64,000 bases of DNA, from the IMG/VR virus record IMGVR_UViG_3300006310_000001. One strand, given 5' to 3'. The stretch is from a virus. A program made the translations under genes and the position numbers. Below, in pieces: positions 45,364 through 55,641 of this stretch. The stretch's first letter is position 1. Each line of letters starts with the position of its first letter. The notes beneath the pieces are model-generated. The model had not been told where the DNA came from. It ran no database searches and worked only from the letters and a program-made list of their open reading frames with translations.

Positions 45364-45892
45364 AATTTGCCTTTGCTATATACCAACTATCAACTATGTC
45401 TGATACTGGATTGCCTGCTTTCGCTGTGTCTAATAGTTTCTTTAAATCTGTTTTTGTATCTTTACAAAATTGTTCGTACATCATTTCTTTATCTGCATTA
45501 CCTTTACCTGTAGCAAATTTCTTAACAACACTTGGTACAATAACATTATATTTCCATTTTTGTTCTAATAATCTATATTTAAGTATACCACAATTTTCTG
45601 CTATTTGAAATAGTGCTTGACCTTTAGAACCATAAGAATAGTTTTCTATTGCTATTGTAATCCCACCAGGTTGATATAAACGTAAAACTTTTAAAACCCA
45701 ATCAGAAATTTGAGTAAATCTTTGTATAGGGTCTGTCCACGGTTGATGTTCAGAACCATTTATATTTCCAAATACACCTAAATGTTTCTTTTTATTTGTA
45801 AGGAAATAAAAGCGACTATGCTCAAAAGTAAAGTCTTCTGTTACACATATTGCAGGACTTGTTAAACTATAATCAATCCCAACTTGTTTCAT
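45350..45892 (-). CDS. RuvC-like Holliday junction resolvase
   Basis: GIDYSL, IAIENYSY, VKKFATGKGNADK, DIVDSWY; start MKQVG. Confidence 0.85.
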   Translation of the reverse strand: MKQVGIDYSLTSPAICVTEDFTFEHSRFYFLTNKKKHLGVFGNINGSEHQPWTDPIQRFTQISDWVLKVLRLYQPGGITIAIENYSYGSKGQALFQIAENCGILKYRLLEQKWKYNVIVPSVVKKFATGKGNADKEMMYEQFCKDTKTDLKKLLDTAKAGNPVSDIVDSWYIAKANYGRL

Positions 45893-46055
45893 CTTCTTCT
45901 CCAATTTCATCTTCTTCATCATCCAGTTCATAACTACAAAATGGACACGACATAGGTTTCATATCTGTTTCTTCATCATCATATTTAATTGTAAATTTAG
46001 TCTTACAATTTCCACAGGTGGTCTCAAATTTCTTTATATCATCATTTAGATCCAT
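45873..46055 (-). CDS. small zinc-ribbon protein
   Basis: CGNC...CPFC plus acidic tail. Confidence 0.7.
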   Translation of the reverse strand: MDLNDDIKKFETTCGNCKTKFTIKYDDEETDMKPMSCPFCSYELDDEEDEIGEEDETSWD

Positions 46056-46064
46056 TATATACTT

Positions 46065-47168
46065 TTACAATTTAAATTTCTTGAATTGATCCTTCTGTAC
46101 GTCTTGTTTAATTCCACCTATAACATAACTTTCAATTTCGGTCTCCTGTGGTGCATTTTGTAATGACCTACTATTTAACCAATGGTCAACCCAAGGTAAT
46201 GGATTTGTCTTTTGGTCATATTGTGGGTCTAATCCAATTGCTCTCATACGTCTATTTGCCATATACTCTACATATTGATGTAATAATTTTTCTGAAAGTC
46301 CTATCATAGAACCTTTTGAAAACAAATAAGTTGCCCAACGTTTTTCTTGATTAACTGCTCGTTCATACATTTTATAAACTTCTATTTGTGTATCTTTCAT
46401 TACCTTATTCATAATCTTATCATTTTCATTATCACGATAGTTATTAATTATTCTTTGTGATATTGATAAATGCAAACTTTCATCCCTTGCAATTAAAGAA
46501 AGTATTTTAGCAGAACCTTCTAACATCTTTAATTCTCCAAATGCAAACGAACAAGCAAAAGAAACATAAAATCTTAAACCTTCTAATATATTAACAGTCA
46601 TCAATGTTAAATATAGTTTCTTTTTCAACTCATACATATCAACACTATCTGGTGTTAATTGCCATTTATAACCTAAATTAATTAAATCATCATATGTTTG
46701 TGTTATACTAGTTGCCCTATTTTCAATCTTCTCATCTGTAACTATAGTATCAAAGATTTCACTAGGATTAGGATACAAATTCTTTATAATGTATGTATAT
46801 GAGTGTGAGTGTATGTTTTCAAAGAAGTCCCAAGCAATGACACAACTTTCTAATTCAGGTATTGAAACAAAAGGTAATAATGCCAACGCAGGACCTCTAC
46901 CTTGCACACTATCCATCATTGTTTGATATTTTATATTAGAAGTAAATATAAATTTACTTTGTTCATTTAATTCTCTATAATCTGCAATGTCTTTTTGTAA
47001 AGATACTTCTTCTGGTCTCCAAAAATAACCTAACTGTTGTTGAAACAGTTTATTAAAGATAGGATATTTTAATACATCATATCTTTGTACCTGTAAATCT
47101 TTACCAAAAAACATAGGTTGTTTGGTATAATCTAATTTTTTATCTATATTAAATACACTTTTAGTCAT
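46065..47168 (-). CDS. nrdB: ribonucleotide reductase class Ia beta subunit
   Basis: FWRPEEVSL, DSVQGRGP, ENIHSHSY, LEGLRFYVSFACSFAF, IARDESLH, APQETEIESY. Confidence 0.98.
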   Translation of the reverse strand: MTKSVFNIDKKLDYTKQPMFFGKDLQVQRYDVLKYPIFNKLFQQQLGYFWRPEEVSLQKDIADYRELNEQSKFIFTSNIKYQTMMDSVQGRGPALALLPFVSIPELESCVIAWDFFENIHSHSYTYIIKNLYPNPSEIFDTIVTDEKIENRATSITQTYDDLINLGYKWQLTPDSVDMYELKKKLYLTLMTVNILEGLRFYVSFACSFAFGELKMLEGSAKILSLIARDESLHLSISQRIINNYRDNENDKIMNKVMKDTQIEVYKMYERAVNQEKRWATYLFSKGSMIGLSEKLLHQYVEYMANRRMRAIGLDPQYDQKTNPLPWVDHWLNSRSLQNAPQETEIESYVIGGIKQDVQKDQFKKFKL

Positions 47169-47832
47169 TTATCGGTTCTAATTGTTCTTGCATTCTTTCT
47201 GATTCTGTTAATTCATAATGGTGGTCATCACTATCACCTGCTGTCCATTTACTTATATTATCTACACTATACTCTCTAGTAGATACTTTATAATCTGGTC
47301 TTTTTGGTTTACTAGGTGTTAATGATTTATCATAAAACAAAACTCTATTATTAGGTTGAGCAGCAAAATGCCCATTATCTAACTTTATTATGTTAAATGA
47401 TTTATGTTGAGAAGGAGTTTCACTATACCCTACATTATTTTCTTTATTCGTTGCACAACAACTATCTATACTAAACATATAATTGCCTTCATATAATTTC
47501 TTACTTGGTGATAGAAACGTACATCTATTGCCACTTACTAATTGTTTCTGTATAATAGTAATATCATAATCAAAACAATCCCATAACTGTAATTCTGGTA
47601 ATGCTATATCTTCTTTTGTTTCTTTCCATACAAAAGCATTTATAGGCAACTTATCATATAGTGCTCCTGTTTCATACAAATAAGTTTCAAAATATAATGC
47701 TCTACCTTGAATACTTTTAACAGTACACCAGATACCTGGTTCAAACTCTCCGTGACCTTTTTCTAAATCATAAAGGTATTGTTTTTTAACTAGTACTTCC
47801 GTATGTGGTACATTTGCACATAAAAATGCCAT
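47161..47832 (-). CDS. conserved hypothetical protein between nrdA and nrdB
   Basis: 223 aa; LQLWDCF, AAQPNNR; no homing-endonuclease motif. Confidence 0.7.
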   Translation of the reverse strand: MAFLCANVPHTEVLVKKQYLYDLEKGHGEFEPGIWCTVKSIQGRALYFETYLYETGALYDKLPINAFVWKETKEDIALPELQLWDCFDYDITIIQKQLVSGNRCTFLSPSKKLYEGNYMFSIDSCCATNKENNVGYSETPSQHKSFNIIKLDNGHFAAQPNNRVLFYDKSLTPSKPKRPDYKVSTREYSVDNISKWTAGDSDDHHYELTESERMQEQLEPIND

Positions 47833-47841
47833 AAAGTTCCT

Positions 47842-50157
47842 TTAAATTACGCAGGTTTCACATTCTTCTTCGTCTTTTTTCTCCATTATAGTTTTTGTTT
47901 CTGGCACATCATCTTTCCAACCAATAGGGTGTACAGGTTCCTCTATATCTCTTTTACTATCATATGTATTCTGATAATAGGAAGTCTTCCATCCTAATTT
48001 ATAAGTTGTTAATAAATCTTCCGCCATTATTGATAAAGGTATTTCTCCTTCATCATAATTTTCAGGATTATACGACCAATTACCACTAATTGATTGGTCA
48101 AAGTATTTCTGCATTACTGCTACTATGTTTATATATCCTTCGTTAGATTTCATATCCCATAACAATGTATAATTATTTTTCAATTTTTTATAATCAGGTA
48201 CAACTTGTTTTAAAGTACCTTTCTTACTTTTCTTAACTGAAATATAGTCCCTAGGTGGTTCAATGCCGTTTGTGGCATTACAAACCACGCTAGAGCTTTC
48301 AGAAGGCATTTGAGCTGTGAGTGTGCTATGTCTTAACCCAAATTCCTTAATATCTTTCCTCAAGTCTTCCCATTTATAAGATAGTTTCCTAGATACAATC
48401 TCATCAACTTCTTTTTTATAGGTGTCTATTGGTAAGATACCGTCTGAATACTTTGTTTTAGAAAAGGATTCACATTTGCCCTTTTCTTTTGCTAATTCAT
48501 TACTTGCTCTTAATAGATAATATTGGAATGCTTCTGATAACTTGTCTACTTCTTTACAAGCAGTTTTAGTTTCATAACCAACTCCTAGTGTCGCTAAGTA
48601 ATGAGCAAGACCAATATATCCAATTCCTAAACTTCTTCTATTTCTTGTAGAAATTTCTGCCGCTTTAACTGGATATCTTTGATGGTCTATAACTTCGTCC
48701 AATGACCTTACTGCTAAATCGCATAAGGATTCTAATTCATCTAAATCTTTTAAAAGTCCTACATTAATTGCTGATAATATACACAATGCAATTTCTCCAT
48801 TACCATCTATATGACTTATAGGTGTTGTTGGTAATGTTATTTCTTGACATAAGTTAGACATATAAATTCTATCTTTAAAAGAGGAGTGAGTATTACAATG
48901 GTCTATATTCATAATGTAAATACGACCTGTTTCTGCTCTTTCTTTTAAAATTGCCATAAACAAGTCCTGTGCTTTAAGTTTAGTTTTCCATACACTTGTT
49001 TTTCTTTCTGCCGTTTTATATATTTCATCAAATTCTTTTGTTCCCCACGCTTCATAAAGTTCTGGTACTTCGTGTGGTGAAAATAATGTTATCTCTTCAT
49101 CATTAATAAATCTTTCATAAAATAATTTAGATAACTGTATAGAGTAGTCTAATTTTCTTACTCTATTATCTTCGCTACCTTTATTATTTTTTAATACAAT
49201 AATATCTTCTATTTCTTTGTGCCAAATAGGAAAGTGAACGGTTGCCGAACCTCCTCGTACCCCATTTTGAGTACAACACTTAACAGTTGCTTCAAATTTT
49301 TTAAGAAAAGGAATAACGCCAGTATGTTGTACTTCGCCACCTCTAATACGTGAGTTGATTCCTCTAATTCTTCCTGCATTGATACCAATACCTGCTCTTT
49401 GGGCAACATACTTGCCAATGGCCATATCACTAGAAAAGATACTAGGCAAAGTATCATCAACATCCACCAACACACAACTCGCATACTGCCTAATAGGAGT
49501 TCGTACACCAGCCATAACAGGTGTTGGAATATTAATTTTAAAACGTGAAATAGCGTCATAATACTTTTTAACATAACTCATCCTTTTGTTTTTTGGGTAT
49601 TGTGAAAATAATGTAGCAGATATCATCATATACATAAATTGTGGCGTTTCATAAATTTGTCCTGTACTTCTATCTTGCACTAGATACTTGTCTATGACTT
49701 GTCTTAAACCTGCATATGTAAAAGTATAATCTCTTTCGTGATTTAACCAATTTTCCATTCTATCAAAATCTTTTTTGTCATACCAATTTAAAATTTCTTT
49801 ATCATAGACGCCTTTGTCTATACCATTTTGTACGTGTTGAAAAATATGTGGATGATCCCACATTTTATGAAATAGTTGTTTTCTTAAACTATAGAGTAAT
49901 AGTCTAGCGGCAACATATTGATAATTTGGATTTTCTAAAGTGATTAAATCGTTTGCTGATTTAATTAAGATTTGTTGAATTTCGTTTGTTGATATGCCAT
50001 CATAAAATTGTAGACCACTATTCATTTCTACAGAAGAAGCAGAAACTTGCGTTATATCTTCACACGCATATTCTACCATTTGATGTATCTTCTCAATGTT
50101 TAGAGATTCCTTACCTCTACCATTTCGTTTCACCACACTAATATTTTCATTCACCAT
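47842..50157 (-). CDS. nrdA: ribonucleotide reductase class Ia alpha subunit
   Basis: ATP cone, PTPVMAGVR, YASCVL, SNLCQEI, LCILS, AQMPSESSS, KTSYY, C-terminal CETC. Confidence 0.98.
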   Translation of the reverse strand: MVNENISVVKRNGRGKESLNIEKIHQMVEYACEDITQVSASSVEMNSGLQFYDGISTNEIQQILIKSANDLITLENPNYQYVAARLLLYSLRKQLFHKMWDHPHIFQHVQNGIDKGVYDKEILNWYDKKDFDRMENWLNHERDYTFTYAGLRQVIDKYLVQDRSTGQIYETPQFMYMMISATLFSQYPKNKRMSYVKKYYDAISRFKINIPTPVMAGVRTPIRQYASCVLVDVDDTLPSIFSSDMAIGKYVAQRAGIGINAGRIRGINSRIRGGEVQHTGVIPFLKKFEATVKCCTQNGVRGGSATVHFPIWHKEIEDIIVLKNNKGSEDNRVRKLDYSIQLSKLFYERFINDEEITLFSPHEVPELYEAWGTKEFDEIYKTAERKTSVWKTKLKAQDLFMAILKERAETGRIYIMNIDHCNTHSSFKDRIYMSNLCQEITLPTTPISHIDGNGEIALCILSAINVGLLKDLDELESLCDLAVRSLDEVIDHQRYPVKAAEISTRNRRSLGIGYIGLAHYLATLGVGYETKTACKEVDKLSEAFQYYLLRASNELAKEKGKCESFSKTKYSDGILPIDTYKKEVDEIVSRKLSYKWEDLRKDIKEFGLRHSTLTAQMPSESSSVVCNATNGIEPPRDYISVKKSKKGTLKQVVPDYKKLKNNYTLLWDMKSNEGYINIVAVMQKYFDQSISGNWSYNPENYDEGEIPLSIMAEDLLTTYKLGWKTSYYQNTYDSKRDIEEPVHPIGWKDDVPETKTIMEKKDEEECETCVI

Positions 50158-50173
50158 TTTTATTTACACACTC

Positions 50174-51169
50174 CTAACATTTCTTATAATAGTTTAATTT
50201 TGTTAACGCTTCTAATTTGCTAAAGGTATTATTACTTATGATATCTCTCAACTCGCTTATTTTCATTCCATTCATTATCATTTCATTTACATCTTTAAGT
50301 TGTACGTCATTTGGCCAGACTACTACGTTATAATTTTTTTCAATTACAGCGTACATCCTTTTTATGATTTCTTTATTACGAGGTTCGTTATCAAATATAT
50401 ATGTAACTTGGTCACTTGACACTCTCAATGTTAAGTCAGCACCACCTGCTGCTAAACAATTATCTAAAAACAAACTATCAAGTGGACCTTCAACTATGTA
50501 AATATGTTTTTGAAAATTTACACGTTCAAGTCCATATACTTTTTGTTTTGTTTCATCAAGTTTAATAGTAATATATTTTGGTTGTTCTTTTCCAAATGCT
50601 CTGCCTTGGAATGCAAACAACGTACCAGTTACGTCAAAGAAAGGAATTATTAATCTAGGGTGTTCATAACGTTCTTTAAAAGTCCCTGGTTTCACTTTAT
50701 TAGCAAAATTGTGAAATTTGTCAACAAAATAAATTATCTCATAATATTGTGGAGGTATCAATCTCTTTTTTACGTAATCCTTTACAGGATGTCCGTCTTT
50801 TAATGTACTTACTTTAATACAAGAATCTAATAAATTTGTTTCTTTAAATTTTGTTGGTTTAAAGTCAAATTTCGGCTGGGGCGTGGATGGTGCCGATCCT
50901 TTGTATCTCTCTAATAAGTATTCTCCGTATTTTTTGGGATCCAAGAATTTAATGAAATTTGCTAAATTCTGACCCATACCACAATTGTGGCATTTGAAGA
51001 ACATATCATTTTTTACTCTATAAAGATATGCCCTTGCTTTTGTTTTACTCTTCTGCGAGTCTCCACAATGTGGACACCTAAAATTGAAAAGATAATCTGT
51101 CTTCTTTTTAAACTGGCTTAATGCTGAAGAAATGGCATTAATATACTTTAAATCTATATAACTTGACAT
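50174..51169 (-). CDS. gp61: DNA primase gp61
   Basis: NFRCPHCGDS..CHNC zinc finger, IPFF, FQGR, VEGPLDSLF, FDNEPRN, KDVNEM. Confidence 0.96.
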   Translation of the reverse strand: MSSYIDLKYINAISSALSQFKKKTDYLFNFRCPHCGDSQKSKTKARAYLYRVKNDMFFKCHNCGMGQNLANFIKFLDPKKYGEYLLERYKGSAPSTPQPKFDFKPTKFKETNLLDSCIKVSTLKDGHPVKDYVKKRLIPPQYYEIIYFVDKFHNFANKVKPGTFKERYEHPRLIIPFFDVTGTLFAFQGRAFGKEQPKYITIKLDETKQKVYGLERVNFQKHIYIVEGPLDSLFLDNCLAAGGADLTLRVSSDQVTYIFDNEPRNKEIIKRMYAVIEKNYNVVVWPNDVQLKDVNEMIMNGMKISELRDIISNNTFSKLEALTKLNYYKKC

Positions 51170-51182
51170 AACACTATCTCAT

Positions 51183-51211
51183 AATATACACCATATCACA
51201 AAAAAAGTCAA
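51183..51211 (-). promoter_or_regulatory. sigma70-type promoter TTGACT-N17-TATATT for the primase-nrd operon
   Basis: 17 nt spacer directly upstream of gp61. Confidence 0.65.
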
Positions 51212-51284
51212 GTCTGTACACGAAAACCTGGTGACAAAAAAATACCCAGGCTATTTTCCTCGGGTAAAAGGTAAGAGTTTTCTA

Positions 51285-51713
51285 TCAGCTCAGCATCTTC
51301 AAAATATGCTCAAAATTACCTGCTACTATCCATCCTATTACTATAGCAGCACCTAATATAATCCATCTATATTTTTCTAATACACCAACTCTAACACCAA
51401 TAGCATTGTAAACTGTTTTAATCTCTAGTAATAAACGTCTTTCAGTTTGTTCTATTTCTCTAGTTAAATCTCTACGTATATTGTCTATTTCACCTGCACG
51501 TTCTTTTAACTTTTCAAATATAACTTCGTCAATTTGTTCTTGTCTATTGATTTTTTCTGAATGGACTGCCAACATAGACTTAATAGATGTTGATACATCT
51601 GTTAATTTGTCTATTGCTGTGTCTAAACGGTTGTGAATTCTATCAAATTCTTCAACGTCTTTTTTGAGTTTAGCAATATCTACTTTTGTTTTAATTCCGT
51701 TATTTTCGTCCAT
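51285..51713 (-). CDS. coiled-coil protein with C-terminal TM
   Basis: Heptad repeats then WIILGAAIVIGWIV. Confidence 0.7.
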   Translation of the reverse strand: MDENNGIKTKVDIAKLKKDVEEFDRIHNRLDTAIDKLTDVSTSIKSMLAVHSEKINRQEQIDEVIFEKLKERAGEIDNIRRDLTREIEQTERRLLLEIKTVYNAIGVRVGVLEKYRWIILGAAIVIGWIVAGNFEHILKMLS

Positions 51714-51936
51714 TAGAAATCTCTATCTATCCACTTGTAAATACTCCAATTCATATAGAGTAATAGACCCATTATTAACCAAAAATTAATTGTTCCCCAA
51801 TCCATTATACGTTTCTCCATTGTGTTGGCAACCACCATTCGGTGTACCAATGTTTAAATTGTGCTGGATTTCTGCCCATAATAAAAATACACCAAAATCC
51901 TTTTATTAATTCCTTTATTGCTATTAACCTACTCAT
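51713..51936 (-). CDS. two tiny Trp-rich ORFs (51805-51936, 43 aa; 51713-51805, 30 aa)
   Basis: Manually read, ATG/stop overlaps chain them to both neighbours. Confidence 0.4.
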
Positions 51937-54056
51937 TAATCCGTTTGTATGATTGTAATATTTTCTTGGCTGGAACTGCTGCCAATATCAATGTGTTGTG
52001 CTTCTTTATCTTGTAAAATTTGAACGTCTGCCTCGTCAGCAGTTTCAATTTTTAAATAAGCACGGTGGTTGTCATTATATCTATTTATAATTGAGTAGCC
52101 GCTAACAGACGTATCAACATCAGCGTCATAAGTGTTGCTACCTGTTGTATATCTTCCTGTTAATGTTTCAGAAGTTTTTACATCACCTTCTGTTGTTGTA
52201 GTAGTTTGAGTAATATCTCCTGTGGTGTAATTTAATATTTCACCACTAGTTGTTGTTGTCGTTTCTGATTTTGAATTGTCAACCCATTCTGTTCCACAAG
52301 AAGCATTTGCTTTGTCCCAATAGTATCCCCAATTAACACAATCATTTTCATTATCTATATCTGCTAACCATAATTCTAATTCAGCGTCTATGTCATAATC
52401 ATCCTCATAACTATATTCATCTTCCAATGTTGTAGAATCATCTCCTGTATCATCATATGAACCTGTGTACCACCAACTAGATGTATTGTCATAAAATTTT
52501 TGCCAATCTGAATTGGTCCATTCAGAAACATATTTGTCTTTTAAACTTGCCATCTTCCAAGGTTTAGGTTGTCCAGAACACCACTCTGGTTTGTCCCAAG
52601 TACCACACCAACCATACCATTTTTTAAATAATTTTCTAGCTCCTTTTTCCCAACTATCATAATCTTTAAACAATGTCCAATCGTCTTCGTACCAAGCGTT
52701 TAAATAATCTATATAACTCTGGTTACACCAAGATGTATCCCAACCATTATAATCACAATAGTTTTCTATTGTTAACGTTGGTGGTCCACCTGCCGCTATG
52801 TAATCTGCATTATTATAATATTCATTTGATAAATCAAAATCTTCCCAAGTGTATCCAACAACTGTTGATGTTGCTTCTTCTTCAACTGTTTCAGTTACAT
52901 CTTCTTCCTTTACATCATAAGAAGTTAATCCATATTTTTCTAACGTATCATTATACTCATCATAATAAGCATCCCAATCAACTTTATCCCAATCAACCTC
53001 TTCCCAATTAATAGTATCCCAAGTACAATCTGAGCAACCTATTGCGTCAAAGTATGCTTGATCCATTTCAGCGTACATAGTTTTAGCTGTATCCCAATCC
53101 ATTTTCTGTTCACCAGTAGCATCCCATACTGATATTTGATTATCTTCATCAATGTATCCCCAATCTTTTAAATCTTCTTCCCATTCATCATAATAAGAAG
53201 TATCAACTTCCGATTCTTTTCCTGCTTGGTCTACTGCTGATTCTTCATAACTATAACTATCATCACTTCCAGAAGTACCTAAATCGGAAGTAGTGTCATA
53301 TGTATCATATGTTTCTGTAATTGAACTCTCTTCAGAAATAATAGCTTCTTCCATTTTTTGTAATTGTTCATTGTTTTCTGCTCTATCAAATTGTTGGTCG
53401 TGTTTCTTTTTTATATCATCATCAATACTATCAATATCAAACAAATTCTTTTTCTGATTGTTATCCAATGCTGATGGAGTTTTAATCATAACATCTGAAC
53501 CAACTACAGTTACAGAAGTGTATACGTTAGTTAATGTTTGAGAACCTGCGTCATTGGTTACGGTTACTTGTCCTACATCACCAGAACTATCTGGAAGTAA
53601 TGTAATTGTTGTTTGACCTGAAGTATCTACTGTACCTGAAAAGGCAGTACCTTGCATAGTTATAGTTGCTGTTGGTGTAACTAATTCAACCTCACCACCT
53701 AATTTTTTTACATCTCCTGATTCATATGTAAATGTACCAACATTAATTGATATGTTCATTGCAATTTCAATTGGTATAACAGACGTATCAAAAGCAAATT
53801 CATCAATGATTAATTCTGTATTCGGACCCATTGTAAATTTAGTATCATCTTTATAATGTAAAATCATTCCACCATCTTCTCCTGTTTGGAGAAAATCGTT
53901 CATTTCTAATAGGTAACCTTTAATTACTTCTTCGGTACGTCCATCTCTTTCGTTCCAAGTTTGACCCATTTTATCAAAAACAGAACCAATAGTAACTGCT
54001 AATGCTTGTGTAGTAAATAGTATCAGAAACGATACTATGAATAAAAGTTTTTTCAT
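51936..54056 (-). CDS. secreted FecR-domain protein with long Asp/Trp/Tyr-rich region
   Basis: Signal peptide; LEMNDFLQTGEDG..D.TKFTMGPNTELIIDEF; TPTATITMQGT..TLLPD..G.VG.VTVTN.AG. Confidence 0.85.
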   Translation of the reverse strand: MKKLLFIVSFLILFTTQALAVTIGSVFDKMGQTWNERDGRTEEVIKGYLLEMNDFLQTGEDGGMILHYKDDTKFTMGPNTELIIDEFAFDTSVIPIEIAMNISINVGTFTYESGDVKKLGGEVELVTPTATITMQGTAFSGTVDTSGQTTITLLPDSSGDVGQVTVTNDAGSQTLTNVYTSVTVVGSDVMIKTPSALDNNQKKNLFDIDSIDDDIKKKHDQQFDRAENNEQLQKMEEAIISEESSITETYDTYDTTSDLGTSGSDDSYSYEESAVDQAGKESEVDTSYYDEWEEDLKDWGYIDEDNQISVWDATGEQKMDWDTAKTMYAEMDQAYFDAIGCSDCTWDTINWEEVDWDKVDWDAYYDEYNDTLEKYGLTSYDVKEEDVTETVEEEATSTVVGYTWEDFDLSNEYYNNADYIAAGGPPTLTIENYCDYNGWDTSWCNQSYIDYLNAWYEDDWTLFKDYDSWEKGARKLFKKWYGWCGTWDKPEWCSGQPKPWKMASLKDKYVSEWTNSDWQKFYDNTSSWWYTGSYDDTGDDSTTLEDEYSYEDDYDIDAELELWLADIDNENDCVNWGYYWDKANASCGTEWVDNSKSETTTTTSGEILNYTTGDITQTTTTTEGDVKTSETLTGRYTTGSNTYDADVDTSVSGYSIINRYNDNHRAYLKIETADEADVQILQDKEAQHIDIGSSSSQENITIIQTD

Positions 54057-54424
54057 TTCTGAAACACCTCATCTAAATCATTATAAAACGATTGTTTATC
54101 TGCATACCCTATTATTCTTGTTAATTCTTTTCTACCATTCCATATTATAAATGTTGGTGTTCCTCTAATAGGTTTAATTCTTCCTTCAGCATATGCTTCT
54201 TTAAACCAGTTAGGTTGATTATATAAATTAATAATAACTAAAGGTAAATCTTCATACTCATAGTCAACTCCTACCTCTTGTAAAAAGTTTTGGCATATAC
54301 CACACATAGGATTGTGTGCCATTAATAATTCATTTGCTTTCGCTGATGATATGCCTAATATTAATAATACAGTAACACAAATTATTATTGCCCACTTTTC
54401 CCAAGTGTTGTGAAATAGTTTCAT
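54053..54424 (-). CDS. secreted thioredoxin-like protein
   Basis: CGIC, GTPTFIIW..ELTRIIGY; signal peptide. Confidence 0.8.
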   Translation of the reverse strand: MKLFHNTWEKWAIIICVTVLLILGISSAKANELLMAHNPMCGICQNFLQEVGVDYEYEDLPLVIINLYNQPNWFKEAYAEGRIKPIRGTPTFIIWNGRKELTRIIGYADKQSFYNDLDEVFQK

Positions 54425-54552
54425 TTAAATTTCTTCTTCTTTTCTTTTCTTTTCCATTTTTCTGGATAGTAATTGTGGATTAGTGTACAGATTATGCCAC
54501 CTGATAAACATATTGTACCAAATATTAAAAAGAAAGCGACAAACCCTTTCAT
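54421..54552 (-). CDS. small membrane protein (43 aa)
   Basis: Manually read MKGFVAFFLIFGTICLSGGII... Confidence 0.45.
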   Translation of the reverse strand: MKGFVAFFLIFGTICLSGGIICTLIHNYYPEKWKRKEKKKKFK

Positions 54553-55641
54553 TTAACACCCGCCAGTTATCGTATTAGTATAATCTGCTGTTTGATTGTT
54601 TCTGTTATATGAATAGGTACAACTATCATTACCGTCTTGATTCACGTGTAAAGTATAGTCGTATATTGAATCACCTGATACATAAAGATAAGCATAGTTG
54701 TCATCATTAAGTTGTTTAAGGTTAACAATTGCGTCATCTGTATAGATATAAACTTTTGCTACATTATCATCACCATTTGCATAGTAAGTAAATGTATTAT
54801 CGTTTCCAACAGTAACCGTTTTCATCCAATTGTCATCACCTCTTTGTATCATTCTTACGTGACTACCTGTGCAACAGGAGTGAACATCTAAAATATTTGA
54901 ATCACCTATGATATCGTGAACTTGGTAGTTACTTTCGCCCCAAATTCCTGTGTGTACTCTATTAGAATTTCCTATAATGTAAAAATCTATTGTTGCACCT
55001 TCACTACCTGAATCATCTGCAAAGATTCCGTGAGAAGCAACATCTGGACCTATCATTATATTTGCCTTGTCAGAACCAACCATACCTTTTGATTCTGCTC
55101 TGTTACTATAAAATTCTACATCATTTGAATCTCCATTAATCAATACATATAAGAAGTGTGAATCACCGTGAGAATTCATCCAAAAATCATTTGAGTCTCC
55201 TACAATATCTAAATCAAGGTGTGTATCCTGTACATCATCACTTGTATTTGTATCTATCTCTACTATGTTTGATGAACCTGTAATATCAATGTCATAATAG
55301 TGTCCATCTGCGCCTACATCATCTAAATCTAATCTTAATACATTGGAACTACCTACAGCATAATAATCAAAGGTCATATTAGAACCCATAAATGCTCTAT
55401 GGTTGCTATCTTTAGCAACATTATTGTCACCTATTTGTTTAATTATAAGAGTAAGATTTGGTCCGTTGACTAAAAAAGGATATGATGTGCTTAACCCAAC
55501 CATATTACCAGTACCATCTTGTTTGATGTAGATGGAACCATCATCATCTTGGTTAACTTGCCAAATATATACTGAATTTCCTGCTAGACAATTAATCGTT
55601 GTCGCTAGAAGAATCACTAGAGCCATTATCATTTTCTTCAT
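54553..55641 (-). CDS. curlin-like repeat protein
   Basis: Signal peptide; repeats KQDGTGN, KQIGDNN, AVGSSN, ITGSSN, IVGDSN, INGDSN, IQRGDDN, KQLNDDN. Confidence 0.78.
   Translation of the reverse strand: MKKMIMALVILLATTINCLAGNSVYIWQVNQDDDGSIYIKQDGTGNMVGLSTSYPFLVNGPNLTLIIKQIGDNNVAKDSNHRAFMGSNMTFDYYAVGSSNVLRLDLDDVGADGHYYDIDITGSSNIVEIDTNTSDDVQDTHLDLDIVGDSNDFWMNSHGDSHFLYVLINGDSNDVEFYSNRAESKGMVGSDKANIMIGPDVASHGIFADDSGSEGATIDFYIIGNSNRVHTGIWGESNYQVHDIIGDSNILDVHSCCTGSHVRMIQRGDDNWMKTVTVGNDNTFTYYANGDDNVAKVYIYTDDAIVNLKQLNDDNYAYLYVSGDSIYDYTLHVNQDGNDSCTYSYNRNNQTADYTNTITGGC

Noticed and set aside
47161-47832. Homing endonuclease or intron at the nrdA-nrdB junction
   Set aside because: No HNH, GIY-YIG or LAGLIDADG motif; nrdA and nrdB are full-length and uninterrupted.
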